A stretch of DNA of 63,752 nucleotides, counting the filler, from Catajapyx aquilonaris (Eukaryota), in the NCBI GenBank assembly GCA_000934665.2. It is 3 parts of 3 records of this genome, joined end to end, with 100 filler letters (N's around TTAATTAATTAA, not from the genome) between each part and the next. Parts side by side here need not be neighbours in the genome. Positions count along the whole stretch, not along the records: positions 1 to 21,241 come from JYFJ02006118.1; 2 more parts are not named here. One strand, given 5' to 3'. A program made the translations under genes and the position numbers. Below are positions 1 to 14,179 of this stretch, one piece after another (position 1 is the first letter of the stretch; every line of letters begins with the position of its first letter). The notes beneath the pieces are model-generated. The model worked only from the letters and a program-made list of their open reading frames with translations. It searched no databases and had not been told where the DNA came from.

Positions 1-76
1 GAGAGTCAGAAAATGGTGGAAAAATCTCCCCCCTACATAGGCCAGAAGGCCTCAAGGGTGTAAATTTTTAAAAAAA
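1..76 (+). mobile_element. 3' tail of a SINE (family A/B-like), cut by the contig start
   Basis: gaaaatggtgg...ccccc...aggcc...ggcct...gggtg followed by an A/T tail; resembles the tails of the full copies. Confidence 0.5.
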
Positions 77-3000
77 TGGCAACGGATCAACCGGTAATGA
101 GGTAGACCTGCCCCTATACATGTGCGGCAACCACACGACACCTTTCTGTATGGAGATCCCCTGACATGTAGATTATCATGCTACAGTGGTTGTCTAGGGA
201 GCAGGATATGAGCTTGATAATCATAACTACAAAAGAAGCGATCTCGCAAAATACTATTAAAATACAATTAAAATATTTAAAATTCCGATAAATATACGTA
301 CAAGTTAATCATTTTTCATCTGTGAGTCCTGCATGATGACGCAATTCCCCTGCGCAGAAGCTCAACAAGGAGGGCAAATAAATCGAAAACAAATCTCGGA
401 AGCAAACCCTGTAAAATGCCTGAGGAGCGGCACTTTGGCAGGGAAATGGCTCTAGACATTTGATCACTTGTTGTTTTTGCCGCCCACAAAGTTTGGAGGG
501 GTGGGAGGGGTGGGGGATAAATGGCGACATGACTTATTCATAGGGGCGTTTCTGTTGGGACCATGCCGTGCAATAGTATAGCGAGCAACATGTGGTTACG
601 CTTTTGGTGACTGTAAACTTCAATAGACGGCATTTCCTCCTCTCCATTTGCTGATTTTTTTGTGTTATCTTTTAATGCCTTTTCCTAGCTTGTTTAGACG
701 ATTTCGCCACGGTCCGTACAGTATACGTTATGTTCACAAGACAACGATGAACTTGCCTGCTGCACTCACATTTTATTTAGACTCCCCGATTATGGTTACA
801 GTATCGTTTTGGCCGTATTTTAGTGGTGTTACAGTGTACTTTAGTACTTGGTAAATCTTTCCTGACATTTTTGGGAATTGCTGACTACCACCTGCAGCTG
901 TCGCGCTGTTGTGTCGTACAGTAGTGGACTTGAAGAGGCTGACTTGAAGGGGGCTGGAGTATTTAATCCCTGTTAACAAGCTCGTTTCTATGATCATATT
1001 GTTCCATTTTACAAGCAGGTTTACTGTAACCAGTTACTGTAAGATTATGAAGACAATCTTTGTAGTGCTTTTGTATTATTATCGTGCAGTTTTGAGTATG
1101 TCATTAGGATTTTGACTATGTTGGTGACTTATAAAGTTTCAAGTAGGTACCGCATAATACTTAGTTTAGCCTACAGTTAATAATATGATTTTTCCAGAGG
1201 ACTGTAGCAAATTTTGGTACTGTGGAGAAAATTTCCAACACTTTTTATTATACGCTTCCATTGTGACTATTATTATGATTTTAATATCGCATAACATGCA
1301 GCAATTTTGGCATTAATGATGGAATATTGGATTGCAAATTTGTAGGGCAAGCGCAGAGTAACAACGTTGTTTTGTAAAAGAGGGTTTAGATATGACGCAT
1401 GCGTGAAACATCCTTTGCTGCAGACAGATTTTGTAATTTTTTTTGGACGAATCCTACATGACTTCACGTCCAAAGATGTGCCCTTTCCGCCTCGCGGCGA
1501 GCTCACCCGTCTGTTTTTCTTACCAGTTCCATCATATATTCATTCCATTCTATACCTACATCTTGCCTGCTTTCCACGCAGACTTGCGTAGCAGATGTTT
1601 GCGACCAAATTTTTGAACAAAATTGTCAATAATATTTGGCTGGCTTGAGAGCAGAAAGGATGTTGTGAGATTGGATTCGGCTGAAAGGAAATCAGCTCAA
1701 ATGGAGCCTTCCTATATTTAGCGGAAACAAATATGTCTGAAATGAATTCGCAGGAAATGAAGTAAAATCCTGTGAATTAAAGCGAGTAATTCGTAAAAAG
1801 CTTTTGGTTTTTTTTCTCGATTTTACAAATACCCTTTTAGGATAGCAATAATGACATTTTGATCTTACAGAGTCATATTTCCATGGTACTGAAGATTATA
1901 GGTGTGTATGTCCATTATAAAGTTACTTTTCCTTTTTTGGTTTATGAGCTGATTACTAATTATCATATTCTTTGTTCCATTCGCATGAGTTGAAGATTAT
2001 GCCCTCCGCGTTATAGTGGATTACATCCCTACAAAAAGAAATACCCCCACAGAGTCCGTATTTTTTTTTTTTTGTTCTTTCATTACAATAATGGAAACCA
2101 CTATGAAAAAAAACTATTTCCCGAAGATATACTTACATTTTTTCCAAAAAAAAATATGCCTATAGATCCATTTCCTCTCACTCTTTGCCGCCAGGAAGAG
2201 TAGGAATCAAGTTTTCATATGACGATATTGCGTGTGATATTTCAGAGTAATATGCTGGCTTCTGATATGCCGATACTTTTAATAACTTATGCGTGAAAAA
2301 GTCGGCTTTATTAGAGAGAAAATGGGTCGCTTGCCCCCGTAGATATACATATTTCTGACTAAATCCAACCAGGGACAAAAAAAAAAAGTATTAAAACGAA
2401 ACATGTTACTTTACGGTATATAGCACTGTCTTTTACACCCTATACTTGAGTATACTTGAATAATTACGGTATATGATGCGATTCGTGTAATCTTTTATGT
2501 ATTTGCAGACAACTGTGTTTTACGCAGACGAATCTTTAATTACTAAGCGGGCGTTCCAATTGAAATTTCTGACTGCTTCTTTTAAAGCATCTTTTATGGA
2601 GTGGTATATAAAAAGTACTAACTTTTGATATCAGTTAGCGGAAACCCATCCTCTTTTGACACCTGGGTCTGGCCTGCAAAAATTGGGTTTATCTTTGACA
2701 GCTGATACATTTGTTCCAATTGGCCATTTCTATTTGGGAGATTAATTTCACTTCACAGCTTGGATAGAACACTCAATTCGGTCTAATATTATCAGAAAAT
2801 ACTTTTTGATAACCACTAAGGCACTAATAGTGACAAAAGTTACTAAATGAAAGGCACATTTCAATTGGAACCGTATATAACTCTGGCACAAATTTGACAC
2901 GAATTATTTTATAAACAATATTGTGTTAAATTGCATTATAATATTGGTTTTGCAGGGTAAATAACTCTCTGATGTACTTCGGCTACATAAATTTCTATAG

Positions 3001-3436
3001 GCATTTTCTAAAACCAACATGCGGTGCCGTGTATCATTTTTGTCAGTAATATTATTGGTGCTTCCTTACGGCTCGGCGCGCGGCAAAAATTAGGTTTTGA
3101 TTATATTATCAATGGCGATGTAAGGAATTTACCTTCAAGGGTTTCTAGACGTCTGGTGTGCTTTACTGTAGCCTACATATTTCTTATACCGCTACTGCTA
3201 ACATAATCCAAACCTATAATGACTGCCGCGCACCAAAATTAAGTCTCAATACCAAAAAGGACGGTTTTTGCTCTTAGAATATACCAATAAGGGATTTACC
3301 GGAAGCTATTTCAGGAGTTACAGCCTACCCTGTGTGGTAATACAAGTTTACGGAATTAAAAGAAGGCCTTTGATTAATTTTTGTCATTTCAAAACTTATC
3401 ATTATCATTCATTGAAATGTCATTGTTATTCCGTGA

Positions 3437-3985
3437 CCGAAGCAGTAGTGGTGGAGTGGATATGCTGGTGTCCGACTGCTAATTTTTTTTAACGTTACCC
3501 CGTGATAAGGCTTAGCCTTTTTAGGGGGATGGGATACCACCATTTTCTCTCCGTTTAACTTCATACACCGGTGCAAGGAGTCAAGGATGTAGGGTAGGGA
3601 TAGGGATTTTTGGGGAGGGAACATGGGTGCAAGTGCAATGTCGGTAAAGGGGTCATGTGCTGTTCCCCAGGAGGTTAGGTTGCCAGACACCTCCTTGGTG
3701 CAGGTCAGAGACCCTCCTGACGCAGGTGAGAGAAAAGTTCCCCAGGCGGGGATCGAACCTGGGGCCTTTCACTCAGCAAGCCGTGACGTTACCACACGGC
3801 CACCACACCTCCCCTATGTCACCGACTGCTAATCGGGAGGTCCTGGGTTCGAATCCCGGAGGCCGGCAATCCTGACCTTGGTTTTCTGTGGTTTCTCAAG
3901 GTCGCCCCAGGAAAAATTTCAGGGATCGTCGTACCGTAAAATATGTCACAGCCGCTTCCTTCCTTTCCCTGCCCTGGAGGAGGTG
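3437..3985 (+). mobile_element. tRNA-derived SINE family B copy, split by a family A insertion
   Basis: Head ccgaagcagtagtggtggagtggata...ccgactgctaat resumes after the insertion with cgggaggtcctgggttcgaatcccgg (B box). Colinear with the copies at 48715 and 57902. Confidence 0.85.
3484..3814 (-). mobile_element. tRNA-derived SINE family A
   Basis: Minus-strand head with A box TGGCCGTGTGG and B box GGTTCGATCCC. 12-bp duplication ccgactgctaat at 3472-3483 and 3822-3833. Confidence 0.88.
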
Positions 3986-6900
3986 CGGGTCAGTGGGGTA
4001 TATCTGACTCGCATCTAGCGGGAAAGGGAGGATAGGAATCATAATAATTTTTATTTAGTCTCACTTTGTCACACATTGTAGTCTCCCAGAGAACGCCATA
4101 GGTAAAGGTTGCTTATAGCCGTGTGTAGTCTGGTTTCGATCGCGGTGGACTGACAAACACAGGGCTCCATTGCAGTCCCTGAGAGTAAAAGCAATAAGCT
4201 ATCACTCTTTCTGGTGTAACCGAAAACCCAAATTCGTAAGGAGCATTACCAGATATATGGCCAAACACCAGTCGTTTGCAATACAACATTATTTTGTCAG
4301 TAGATAAGATGCTGACGAATAAAATAATGGACACTATCTATTGCGATGGTATTACGGAATGGAAAAGAAAGGCATACTGCATGACCTTGTGCCCAATAAA
4401 ATTAACGTGCAATCAATATTATATTTTAGTATTAATATTATACTTTATTGGCGATGTCGCTTATTATTAGTGGGATCAGAGTCGTCCACCGCCTGATACC
4501 AATAGAAGTTGTTAGAAGAACAGTAAATAGGCCTATAAAATAATGTCAGATCTGATCTCTGTTTTCCATGAACTGATGCTGAGGCGTGGGTTGGGGATAT
4601 GGCCTATAGAGATAGAGTAGGAAAAAATTGAGGCAAATGGCGGTGAGCTGCGTTGAGTTTGGAAATATTTGATGGGCAGGATGGAAACCATGAGAGACAT
4701 TGTTCCTAAGGGCCAGAGAGAGAGAGCCAGCCTTCCTGTTTTAGCAAAACCGCAGAGACGCAGCAGCCGAACCCCCACACCACCTTTGGGCCCTCCAAAC
4801 CCCCCTGCTTTATTTTTTTGTGTTGTTATACCTCTCGTTATTTCTGATGAATTCCCTATCTGCTCACCATCAGCGGTTTTCGACAGATCATGATATATAC
4901 ATATATGGACGGATGGATATATAGCCTTTCAGTTACATCCACGTCACCTTGGATCCAGCCAGGATTCAGTAGGTGGGGTGAGGGGGGGGAGATAAAAGTA
5001 CGCTCAAATTTGCATTATTCATCATCTGGTGCATCGTGTACCGTATATAGAATGTTAGATGGTCAGATGCGCACTCTACTAAACCATGTTGAACTTTAAA
5101 TGCCCTCAAGGAAGTTGATGCCAATATGCATTGCAGGCAACTTGCACCTGACGTTTTCCAAAATTGCTGAATAATATGTGACGCATGAGGAAATCAACAG
5201 TGCAAAAGGGCCCTCTGCGCATCCCAATTAAACCGCTGCATTACGTTATAATTCTATATTATTATAGTATATAATTACAGTATATATTATACAGTATACT
5301 GTAGGCTATAATTATTATGGAAATAACAATGTGTCATAGTCAAGATGGTCATGGCTGTGAAGATGCTGTCTCTGAGTACGATCATGATTCACGGATTCTA
5401 GGTGACACAATTGGTAATTTATCTCTACATGAAAATACTGGATGTAGTGGTAACATTGTTGTTTCTGTATAGAGTTCACTTTTTTTCCAATAATTTTACT
5501 TCAACATGAGGTAATCAGAGTGAGAGTGTAAAGGGAGTCAACTGCAGCACGCTGAATTGCAAATGATATTTCCGACTTGTTGCCAAATTACGGTGTAACA
5601 TTCCCACAGGGCATTTCTCAGTCGCACGGCAGATTTAGTCAAATACTAAATGAATAACCTGGGAAGATCCCTTCCGGCTATACACATGTGTATATATTAT
5701 ACTGTGATGCTGGTATGACCTTACCTTTCTGACAGCCGATAGTGGTTATATGCATGATGATTCAGAAACTTCCATCAAATTATTTGTGTGGCACCAAATT
5801 TAACTATGGTGTAAATACTAGCATAAATGTCTTAATTTTTCGGTTCTTATTTAATTAATAACTCTACTGCATTCCAAACTATGCGTATACAAGTACATAA
5901 ACCACAGGGTGTTCCAACACGCCCAAAGCCGAGTTACCTTAATAAAGTTGCTGAAAGAGCGAAGCAGTGTCAAAGCGTGTGATTTCCTTGACCATATGTA
6001 CGCATGACAGTTTGACGCTGCTATACAGTCCTAATCACATTGGCTGCTTCGTGTTCAGTGGAACGCAGTGTTCCCTACTGCATTTGTATGCATATTTGTA
6101 TTGGAAGAATTCGAGAAACCCTAGGTCAACGTTTGGAAATCTTGCAAGGTACCGTATGTCTTGAATTTTCCTGAATCACACATTTTTACGCCAATTCCTT
6201 TCCATTTATCGCCGTTAATATAATCGTATTTCTATACGGTATAAACGAACCACTCATCAATAACAAAGTTTTGTTGAAATAACTAAAATACCTTTAGTTG
6301 ATATTTTCTTCATCCCCAAATAAGTCCCCAAATAAGTCCAGGCCTCTATTAAGTTTTTCTGCTTCTTGCCTCGAGTCATTCTAATTATTGTCACCATACA
6401 GTACCGTATATGACGACAATAATTTATTAGAACCCTTTGCGGAAAAAAGTTTGGTCCATTTAAATGACCCGTCTCGTTTGGAAACAATACCGAAATTTGA
6501 CAACCCTTACAGTCATGGCTCTGATCTAATTTTAGGCGTTTTTAACGCAAATCTTGTAGAAATATAAACTCAAAAAGAGAACATTTTGACATTATAATTT
6601 ATATTAATTTCAGACTCAAATTTTGTCGAGACCCAAAATAATTAGCTTAGAGCGAGTGTACTGAAAAAATGAATTTTTACGATAACATTTACGGTACACT
6701 TGATGCATATTTATTTCTCTCAAAATACCTCCACAACCCTATGATGTAATGTAGCACATTTATAACAGGATATGGTGATTTCGTGTATGTTACTAAATTA
6801 GGTGTGTATTAGTTAAATTATGTGAGACATGGCCGGTTTTTGAAATACACGACAACAGTATAGTGAACCCATATTACATTTACTTTCCTACCAAGCTAAT

Positions 6901-8271
6901 ATCAGGTCAATACTACGTTTCCTATTTGATAAAATAAGTGTAGAATTTGCCAAAAACCATCAAAATTTCGACATTTGACCTCAAATATCTCCATGTGGGG
7001 GATGGATATCTATATTTTTACGCATTAAAAGAAGCTCTCTAATTGCGGTTCAATGACATATGAAACGTTCGGGCACTCCAACCAGCATTGGAGATATGAA
7101 TATTACTTTTTGCGTATATTACTATTTTAAAATACAAGCAGAGGAATCTTAGTGATCTTGCCAACAATGATTAATTTTTACCAATGTCTCTACTAATTGA
7201 AGACTTGTGACATCAGCATTCTAGGGGTGCAATCGTGCGAACATGTTTGGGACATATTACACTCACTTCTTCATGTAAAAATTAGTAGGTCTAGACGTAC
7301 ATTGCACATCAGTTTGAACATTAAATATGTAAATACTCGTACATATTATAAATAATAGAAGATGCAATATTGCACTCCCGGCAGCATAATATATATAGGT
7401 AAGAGTTTGACACCATCCCCAAGGGCAGCTTACCTATATAGTGGGGGTATATTTTTTATAGCAGTCTTGTCATAGTACGTATTTTTATTCAAATTTTCAC
7501 TGAAAATGTATTCGACAAAAAAAATCATTAGGTATTTTTCGGGTACGCTATTAGAAAAATCTGCAGCACAAATATAGTACAGTAGGCTACTTATTGGAAA
7601 TTTAGTGAGAACATGCCTAGTTATTAAGAAATTGTAGTACAAAACCATCTCTTTTCGTAGTGTAACTCAGTCGGTGATGTATGTGTACAGTACATTATTT
7701 CATACGGCAAATGTAGCGCACGTGTCAAATGATTTTTGCATTGATGTCATTCCGAGCGTTGCGCGATGCTGAGGGTTGTATTTGAAGAACTTTTTTCCTC
7801 TGGTTTGTGCCGTGCACAGGCTGTCAAATTAAAAGGTCACCACAGGAGATGACATGACATGACATTATTTTACACGGCAAGGACCTCCTGTGAATATCGT
7901 TTTAAAAAATCTTCTGAAATCTAACAGTACATTTTTCGAATCCGGCAAAATTTTGGCTCAGACGCAAAAAAAAAAAAAAAAAAAAAAAAAAANAAAAAAA
8001 AAACACTTTTTGTCATAATCCATTTACAAAAAAAATAAATATCTGATGTACTCTTAACAATACGCAAGTGCACTAACTTCAAGGTGGCCGCCGACTTTCT
8101 TTAGGCCTACATCTCGCATTGCACCAGGGAAACTATTCAATCAACTGGGTGTCGAATATAGCAGTAGTTATACCTAGAATGGGGCACGTGGTTAGGGGCA
8201 CAACAAGCTACAAAAAATAACTGCTATCGGGCGATATCAGTTATCAAGAAGTGATCCACGAACTTGGGACA

Positions 8272-9476
8272 TAGTCCGGGAGCTAAGGGTTTGAACTTTG
8301 GATTTTGTGACAAAAGTAAAAAAAACTATGTGCACTCGCTCTTTGAACACTTCCGAGCATATCTGGACGTGGTGCCACCGGGGTCACTTTCGCAGGGTTG
8401 CCATATTTACCAGGTGCAGCATACCTTTAGGACCTTGCATTCGGTGATAAAAACATGAAACCTGTCACAATATATTGGTCTTTGGACACTTTTGAATATA
8501 TCTGAGAGTGGGGCCACTATGGATGACCCCGCTGTGGGTCACGGGGTTGCCAGATCTAACTTCCGCAACATACTTGGGAGCTTGCATTCGGTGATAAATA
8601 CGTGAAACCAGGTACACTAGCTCTTTAGACACTTCTGAACATATCTAGACGTGGGGCCACAATGATTGACCCTGACATGAGTCACTTTTGCGGGGTTTCC
8701 AAATCTAACATGTGCAGCATAGGCTACATTTACATGAATAAGAACCTTGCATTTGGTGATAAAATCATGAAGCTCTCCACAATTGGTCTTTGGACACTTC
8801 TGAACATGTCTGGAAGTGGGGCCACTATGTATGACCCCGCTGTCGGTCACTCGGCGAGTGACATACCTCTCTACGTAGACTATGTGAATAGGGACCTTGG
8901 ATTCTGTGACAAATACATGAAACTCGGTATACACTAGTTCTTTGGACATTTCAGAGCATATCTGGACGTGTGGCCACGATGACTGATACGGACCGACCCA
9001 GCTAGGGGTCACTATCGCGGGGTTTTCATATCTAACAGACTGTGCAACATGCGATAGTGACCTCCAGCGTGGTCACCCATCGTGGCCCCATGTCCAGATA
9101 TGCACTGAAGTCTCCGGTGCAAGGAAACAGGGACATTGGGAAAGGATAGTGATTGTTGGGGAGGGGACACTTGTGCAGGTGCAATGTCTTAAACCTTTGG
9201 GCCACGTGCAGTCCCCCAGGAGGTTAGGTTGCCAGACACCTCCAAGGTGCAGGTCAGAGACCCTCCCGACGCAGGTGAAAGGGAACTCTCAGGCGGGGAT
9301 CGAACGTGGGACCTTTCACTCAGCAAGCCGAGACGTTACCATCTCGGCCACCACACCTCCCCCCACCACGTCCATATATGCTCGGAAGTGTCCAAAAAAC
9401 GAGTGTACCGCGCGAGTTTCATACTTTTGTCACAAAATGCAAAGTTTGGGCCATTTGTCCCTTAGCACCTGGAGTA
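8272..9476. mobile_element. Foldback-type non-autonomous DNA element with long terminal inverted repeats built of ~120-130-bp tandem subunits
   Basis: Left end tagtccgggagctaaggg...aactttggattttgtgacaaaagta...acacttccgagcatatctggacgtgg is the inverted match of 9366-9476. The interval 8290-9000 holds about six diverged tandem units (ccttgcatt.ggtgataaaa.catgaaac...tctttggacactt...atatctg...gtggggccac). Confidence 0.7.
9113..9364 (-). mobile_element. SINE family A copy lacking the 3' tail, nested in the foldback element
   Basis: Aligns with 3568-3814 (ccggtgcaagg...gcggggatcgaac...cggccaccacacctcccc). Confidence 0.85.
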
Positions 9477-11675
9477 ATAAGCTATAGAGTATACGTGAGC
9501 ACACTGCGATATGACGAGTTGTATTCAAGTGTGATGCCTAACAATACAAACTAGTTACATGCCTTAGGAAATAATATTGCATTTGCATATAGCTTATATT
9601 ACTACTTTACGCTCTGATGTAGCACTAAAATAATCATACTACACACGCCATTATATTTTCGGATACTGTATGTCTATTTGTATTACCTAGTATCAGATTA
9701 ACACAATAATTATGAACGCATCGTATGATCGATCTTCTGGGCTACTCTACATCTAACTCGTTAGCATGCAAATTACTATGTAACCGTGCAGCGAAAGGTT
9801 TAGTAATTTTGACTGCACTCAGGAAGTAATTTATTGATGTCAATACCTTGATTTTCTCCTCATTGCACAATGAACTTGTCCAACAACCCTCAATAACGCA
9901 CTGCATAGGTAAACCTATTCTCTCGGTCGTAAGTCTTACAAGTGTATAGTATACTGTAGGAAAGTTGAAGAAAGTTATTCAGTTAATTTAGAGCTACCAC
10001 ATCTGCAGTCACTTTTCATTATACATTATGATACATAACACCGTGCAATATTTGTCGATAAAGTTTAAAAATATGAGATTCACCGAAACACTGTAAATTA
10101 TGATATCAATGTATCATTTCAGAAAATCAAGTATGCACAGAATTTTTAATCTCACCTTAAAAGCAACGTGAAAACTTGTACCATCCCAAAACCAAACCCC
10201 GGAGGCTGCAAAGCAATCATCGTCACCTTTTGAGATGTGCTCCGCGACTTGATTTGAACAACATTGGTGGTGCATCAGGTCTTGGTCGGGAAGCTGGGAA
10301 TCAAGACTGCACAATTCATGAGGCTGCGGGTGTGACAACACGAACATCGTTCGAATGCCAAGTCGAGCCAGGTTGCAATTGCCTTTGGAAACACATCATT
10401 TCTACTGCGTCAGCAGGAGAGACCATTTTCACATGGGTCACACACACACACACAAAAATGAAACAATTTTATGATCCGAGTTATACATTTTGGCACATCC
10501 CGTAGAGAGCAGGGTTTCCATTTTCCCCAAACTCTCTTATTACGTCTGTTTCTCTTTCCCTTGATATTATATGCATATGAAAGTGGGGGGGAGTTGCGTA
10601 TGTGTGCGTGGATGGGTGGAAAAGCGAGGGGTCCGCAGCTGGTGATATGGAACAAGAGGATCTCAGGGGCATGGCGATTGCTGCATGTACCTTTGTGATT
10701 AGCCGATGAGAAAAACCGCTGCGGAAAAAATCCCGGATAATACTGTCGATCTGTAATCCATAGTTGCACATTCCTCCAGGGCGAAGCTTTCTTCATCCAG
10801 GGAATGACTCCGCAGTTTTTTGAACGAAGCCCCCTTTTCCTCTCCCTAATGGACCACCCCCTTGGGGGTGGGGGGCGGAATTCAAAATACAATCTATCCC
10901 TATAGTGCAGTCTCTCGTTGCCTTTTCCTCTCTCTATTCTACGAGGGCTATCAATAAGTATATTCAAATCTAAGCATAGCATATAAAATAAAAGGCTGGG
11001 CTTATGGTATAGCGGTCCAAGATTATCATCGTTGAAATGAGGGATAAAATTGTGGTATTAAAAACTCCGTAGTATTAAATATGGACCTGAAAAGAGAGAA
11101 GTTTATTGCGAAAGAATAATTCATAATGGCTACCTACCAAAAAGAATATTAAAATTTTCCACAGGAATTTTTCATAAAACTTCAAAGTCGTATGAAGAGA
11201 AGCCTCGAAGCGTTATATGCATTTTATAGTCTGTTGCACATATGCATGTGGTTGAATACTTGTAATTACTTTTGCGTGTTACAACAGTGTTGGTGTTGTC
11301 AACAGATGAATTATTGAGAGAAATCTTGACATATAGGAATACCAGAAATAGTGCCCATTGGACACAGTCTGCCACAGAATGTTAAAAGTGTAGTCAGAAT
11401 CAATTTACATTGTCGAGTATGCAGAAACTTTTGCGCCAAACATATTTCCAATCCATTTCCTAAGGCCACATTGCGCGTTCAGTTCACGTCCTATGATTGG
11501 CATCGCGGTTTATTTCCCCTGATATACTGTATAATGGCGTTAGATCTGCAACGGACTCCTGATCGAATATATACGAATCATGATATAACAAGGCCACAAA
11601 AAAATTGCATCCTTTTGCGAGCAGCGAGCGTACTCGAATAATATTGATGCCGATGGAAATTTACACAGAGAAGTC

Positions 11676-11738
<63 letters not shown>
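11676..11738. repeat. (TAA)n microsatellite
   Basis: About 21 consecutive TAA units. Confidence 0.95.
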
Positions 11739-12915
11739 GTTAATTTGCGGTTCTCTGTTGGCTTTCTTTGCTGTTTAGTATACTTTAGCAGAATACCTTG
11801 CATTTACAAGAATCTTCAGTCTTTAACGGTTCTTGTCAATGTTTGTGCGACAGCAAAAACTGAAGTAAGTTCGTATACCGAACGAAGTCACAATGGGTAG
11901 TTAGAGAACCCTTATAAATTCTGTGAATCAAGAAGTAGGAGGTTGTTTTTACAAAAACAGCTATAGACATTTATGACATTGCGGTAACAGAGGACATCGA
12001 TACTTTTCAACACACTTTTTCATCTTGGTCCAGAGAGTATAGAGAAGTGGGATATATTGCAATTTGTACTATACTAACCGATTTTTGGCTGTTTCCTATA
12101 TTAATTACTTGTCGCCAATCTGCTTCTGATGAGAATGGGAGCCTCAGTACAAATTATTATAGGCTTAGGTTATGTGCAGATTAAATTAGTATCATTTATT
12201 TGAAATGAGCTCCATGTACTGTACTTGTAATACCGGTATTCTTTATTTGGAAAATAGTTATACTTGCATAGTAGGCTGTGCAAGAGGCAGCGAAAATGCA
12301 ATCTTCCGTAATAATAACTGACGGTATGTCACTGGTCTTAATGTAGTCATAAGGTTCCACGAATGTTAAATTAAACCGATGTCATTTTGATTAACATAGA
12401 TGCAATATAACCTTCCAGACACAACAGCAAAGTAATATCATTTATTAGGCCTAAATTAGTTCAGTCTAATTTCAAACCCCTGATGTCTATAAATCAAAAG
12501 TTTGCTGTGCTGTCCATTATCGTTACACATTATTTTCTTCAATCTGGTTTTATCAGAGAAAATGTGATCACAAGTGATGTGACTGACCCAGGCTTATTGT
12601 ACTTGAAAGATCACTTACGTGATCCAAATCACCAGGCAGCAAATAGTGTCGTGAACCTATATTTCTTGCTCTTTTAGTCAATGAACCAGTGGGGATGACC
12701 GGATGAGATCGTTATATTTTTATGTATTTATTCAGTGAGTTAATTAGCTGGTTAGTTACCATCAAGGCAATCAGAGCGTTTGGGCTGTGTGTAAATGATT
12801 AAACTTTAGAAAAATTATATGGCACCTTGCAGTGGAGTAGTTGAATCGGGTCACTTCTATCTCGTCATAAAGTACAAGTGAATTGTAGTTCTTTTTAAAA
12901 TGTGATCCAATATTC

Positions 12916-13259
12916 TTTTTTTGCGTTACCCCGTGATAGGGCCATAGGCCCTTAGAGGGGGATGGAATACCACCATTTTTCCTTCAATTTTCTGATTTTT
13001 TTTCTTCTAACTCCGGTGCAAGGATGAAAGGACATGAGGTAAGGATAGGGATTTTTGGGGAGGGGACACAGGTGCAAGTGCAATGTCGGAAATGGGTCAT
13101 GTGCAGTCCCCCCTGAAGGCTAGGTTGCCAAGACGCCTTCTTAGGCGCGGGCAGAGACCCACTGACGCAGGCGGAAGGAGAATCCCGGGCGGGGATCGAA
13201 CCCGGGGCCTTGCGCTCAGCCAGCCGAGACGTTACCATCTCGGCCACCGCGCCTTCCCC
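12916..13259 (-). mobile_element. SINE family A, full length
   Basis: A and B boxes on the minus strand. 14-bp TSD gtgatccaatattc at 12902-12915 and 13260-13273. Confidence 0.9.
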
Positions 13260-14179
13260 GTGATCCAATATTCATCACACCAATATTCCAATCATCAAAT
13301 CCATATCAGCATATCCAGTCATTCATCCAATATTCCACATGATTGACAGTTTCCGTGATTCGGAAATTATTATCACAAAGCTGCCATAGTAACTTTTAGA
13401 CCTCTAAGGTCACAATTTGGCAATGCGGAAGTCATACTATAGCCATAGCGTTATTATTACCATTTATGCTGTTATCAGTATTTATTCCGAGAACAGTGAC
13501 AAAATGAAACCGTGCCAATCATCTTCTTATAATGTGTGGGCAGACTGAGTGACACAGGTAAGGTTAATGTATACAAGGTTCGGTATCTCTATGTGAACTC
13601 GCAGACATAACAAAGAAGGCAATCTGTTTCTTTTAAAAATAAATGACCAAAGGCGGAGTTATTAATACTATGGCTGTTCGCAGAATCAAAGCTACACTTT
13701 TGATTGCGGTTCAAATATAGCTCGAATAGGACTATATTCGAGCTTTTCCTGGTTATCATCATTTAGACTTTTAGAGAAAAAGTCCGACTAGCCTGGACAA
13801 AAGACGTCATTCAGTATTTCAGTCTCGTTCGATCTATACTGTATACAACCTGACAATAAACGCAAGTAATCGAGCGTGGTATAGTGTATAACAAGTGTAA
13901 CGAACCACTTGGTAAAGCTCTTGTTAGTAGCCTAGTAGCATTGGAGAGATTAGTTCTGTATTATTTGTTTCATTCTGAAGGCTGTGATTTTTGGGGAACG
14001 ATGTTTGTTAATCACTGATAATTATGATAATTCCATTTTCGCACCTTGGAAAATTATTTGCCCAACACAATATTATATTATGTATGGGGAAAAAGTGTAA
14101 GCTTATATATTTCTGTTACACATGAAGATGTTGGCTTAATGCCTATAATATTTTTTTGATGAGTTGGTTTATTTCTATA

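Noticed and set aside
8290..9000. CRISPR-like repeat-spacer appearance
   Set aside because: The units are ~125-bp diverged tandem copies with homologous intervening sequence, there are no cas genes, and the context is eukaryotic.
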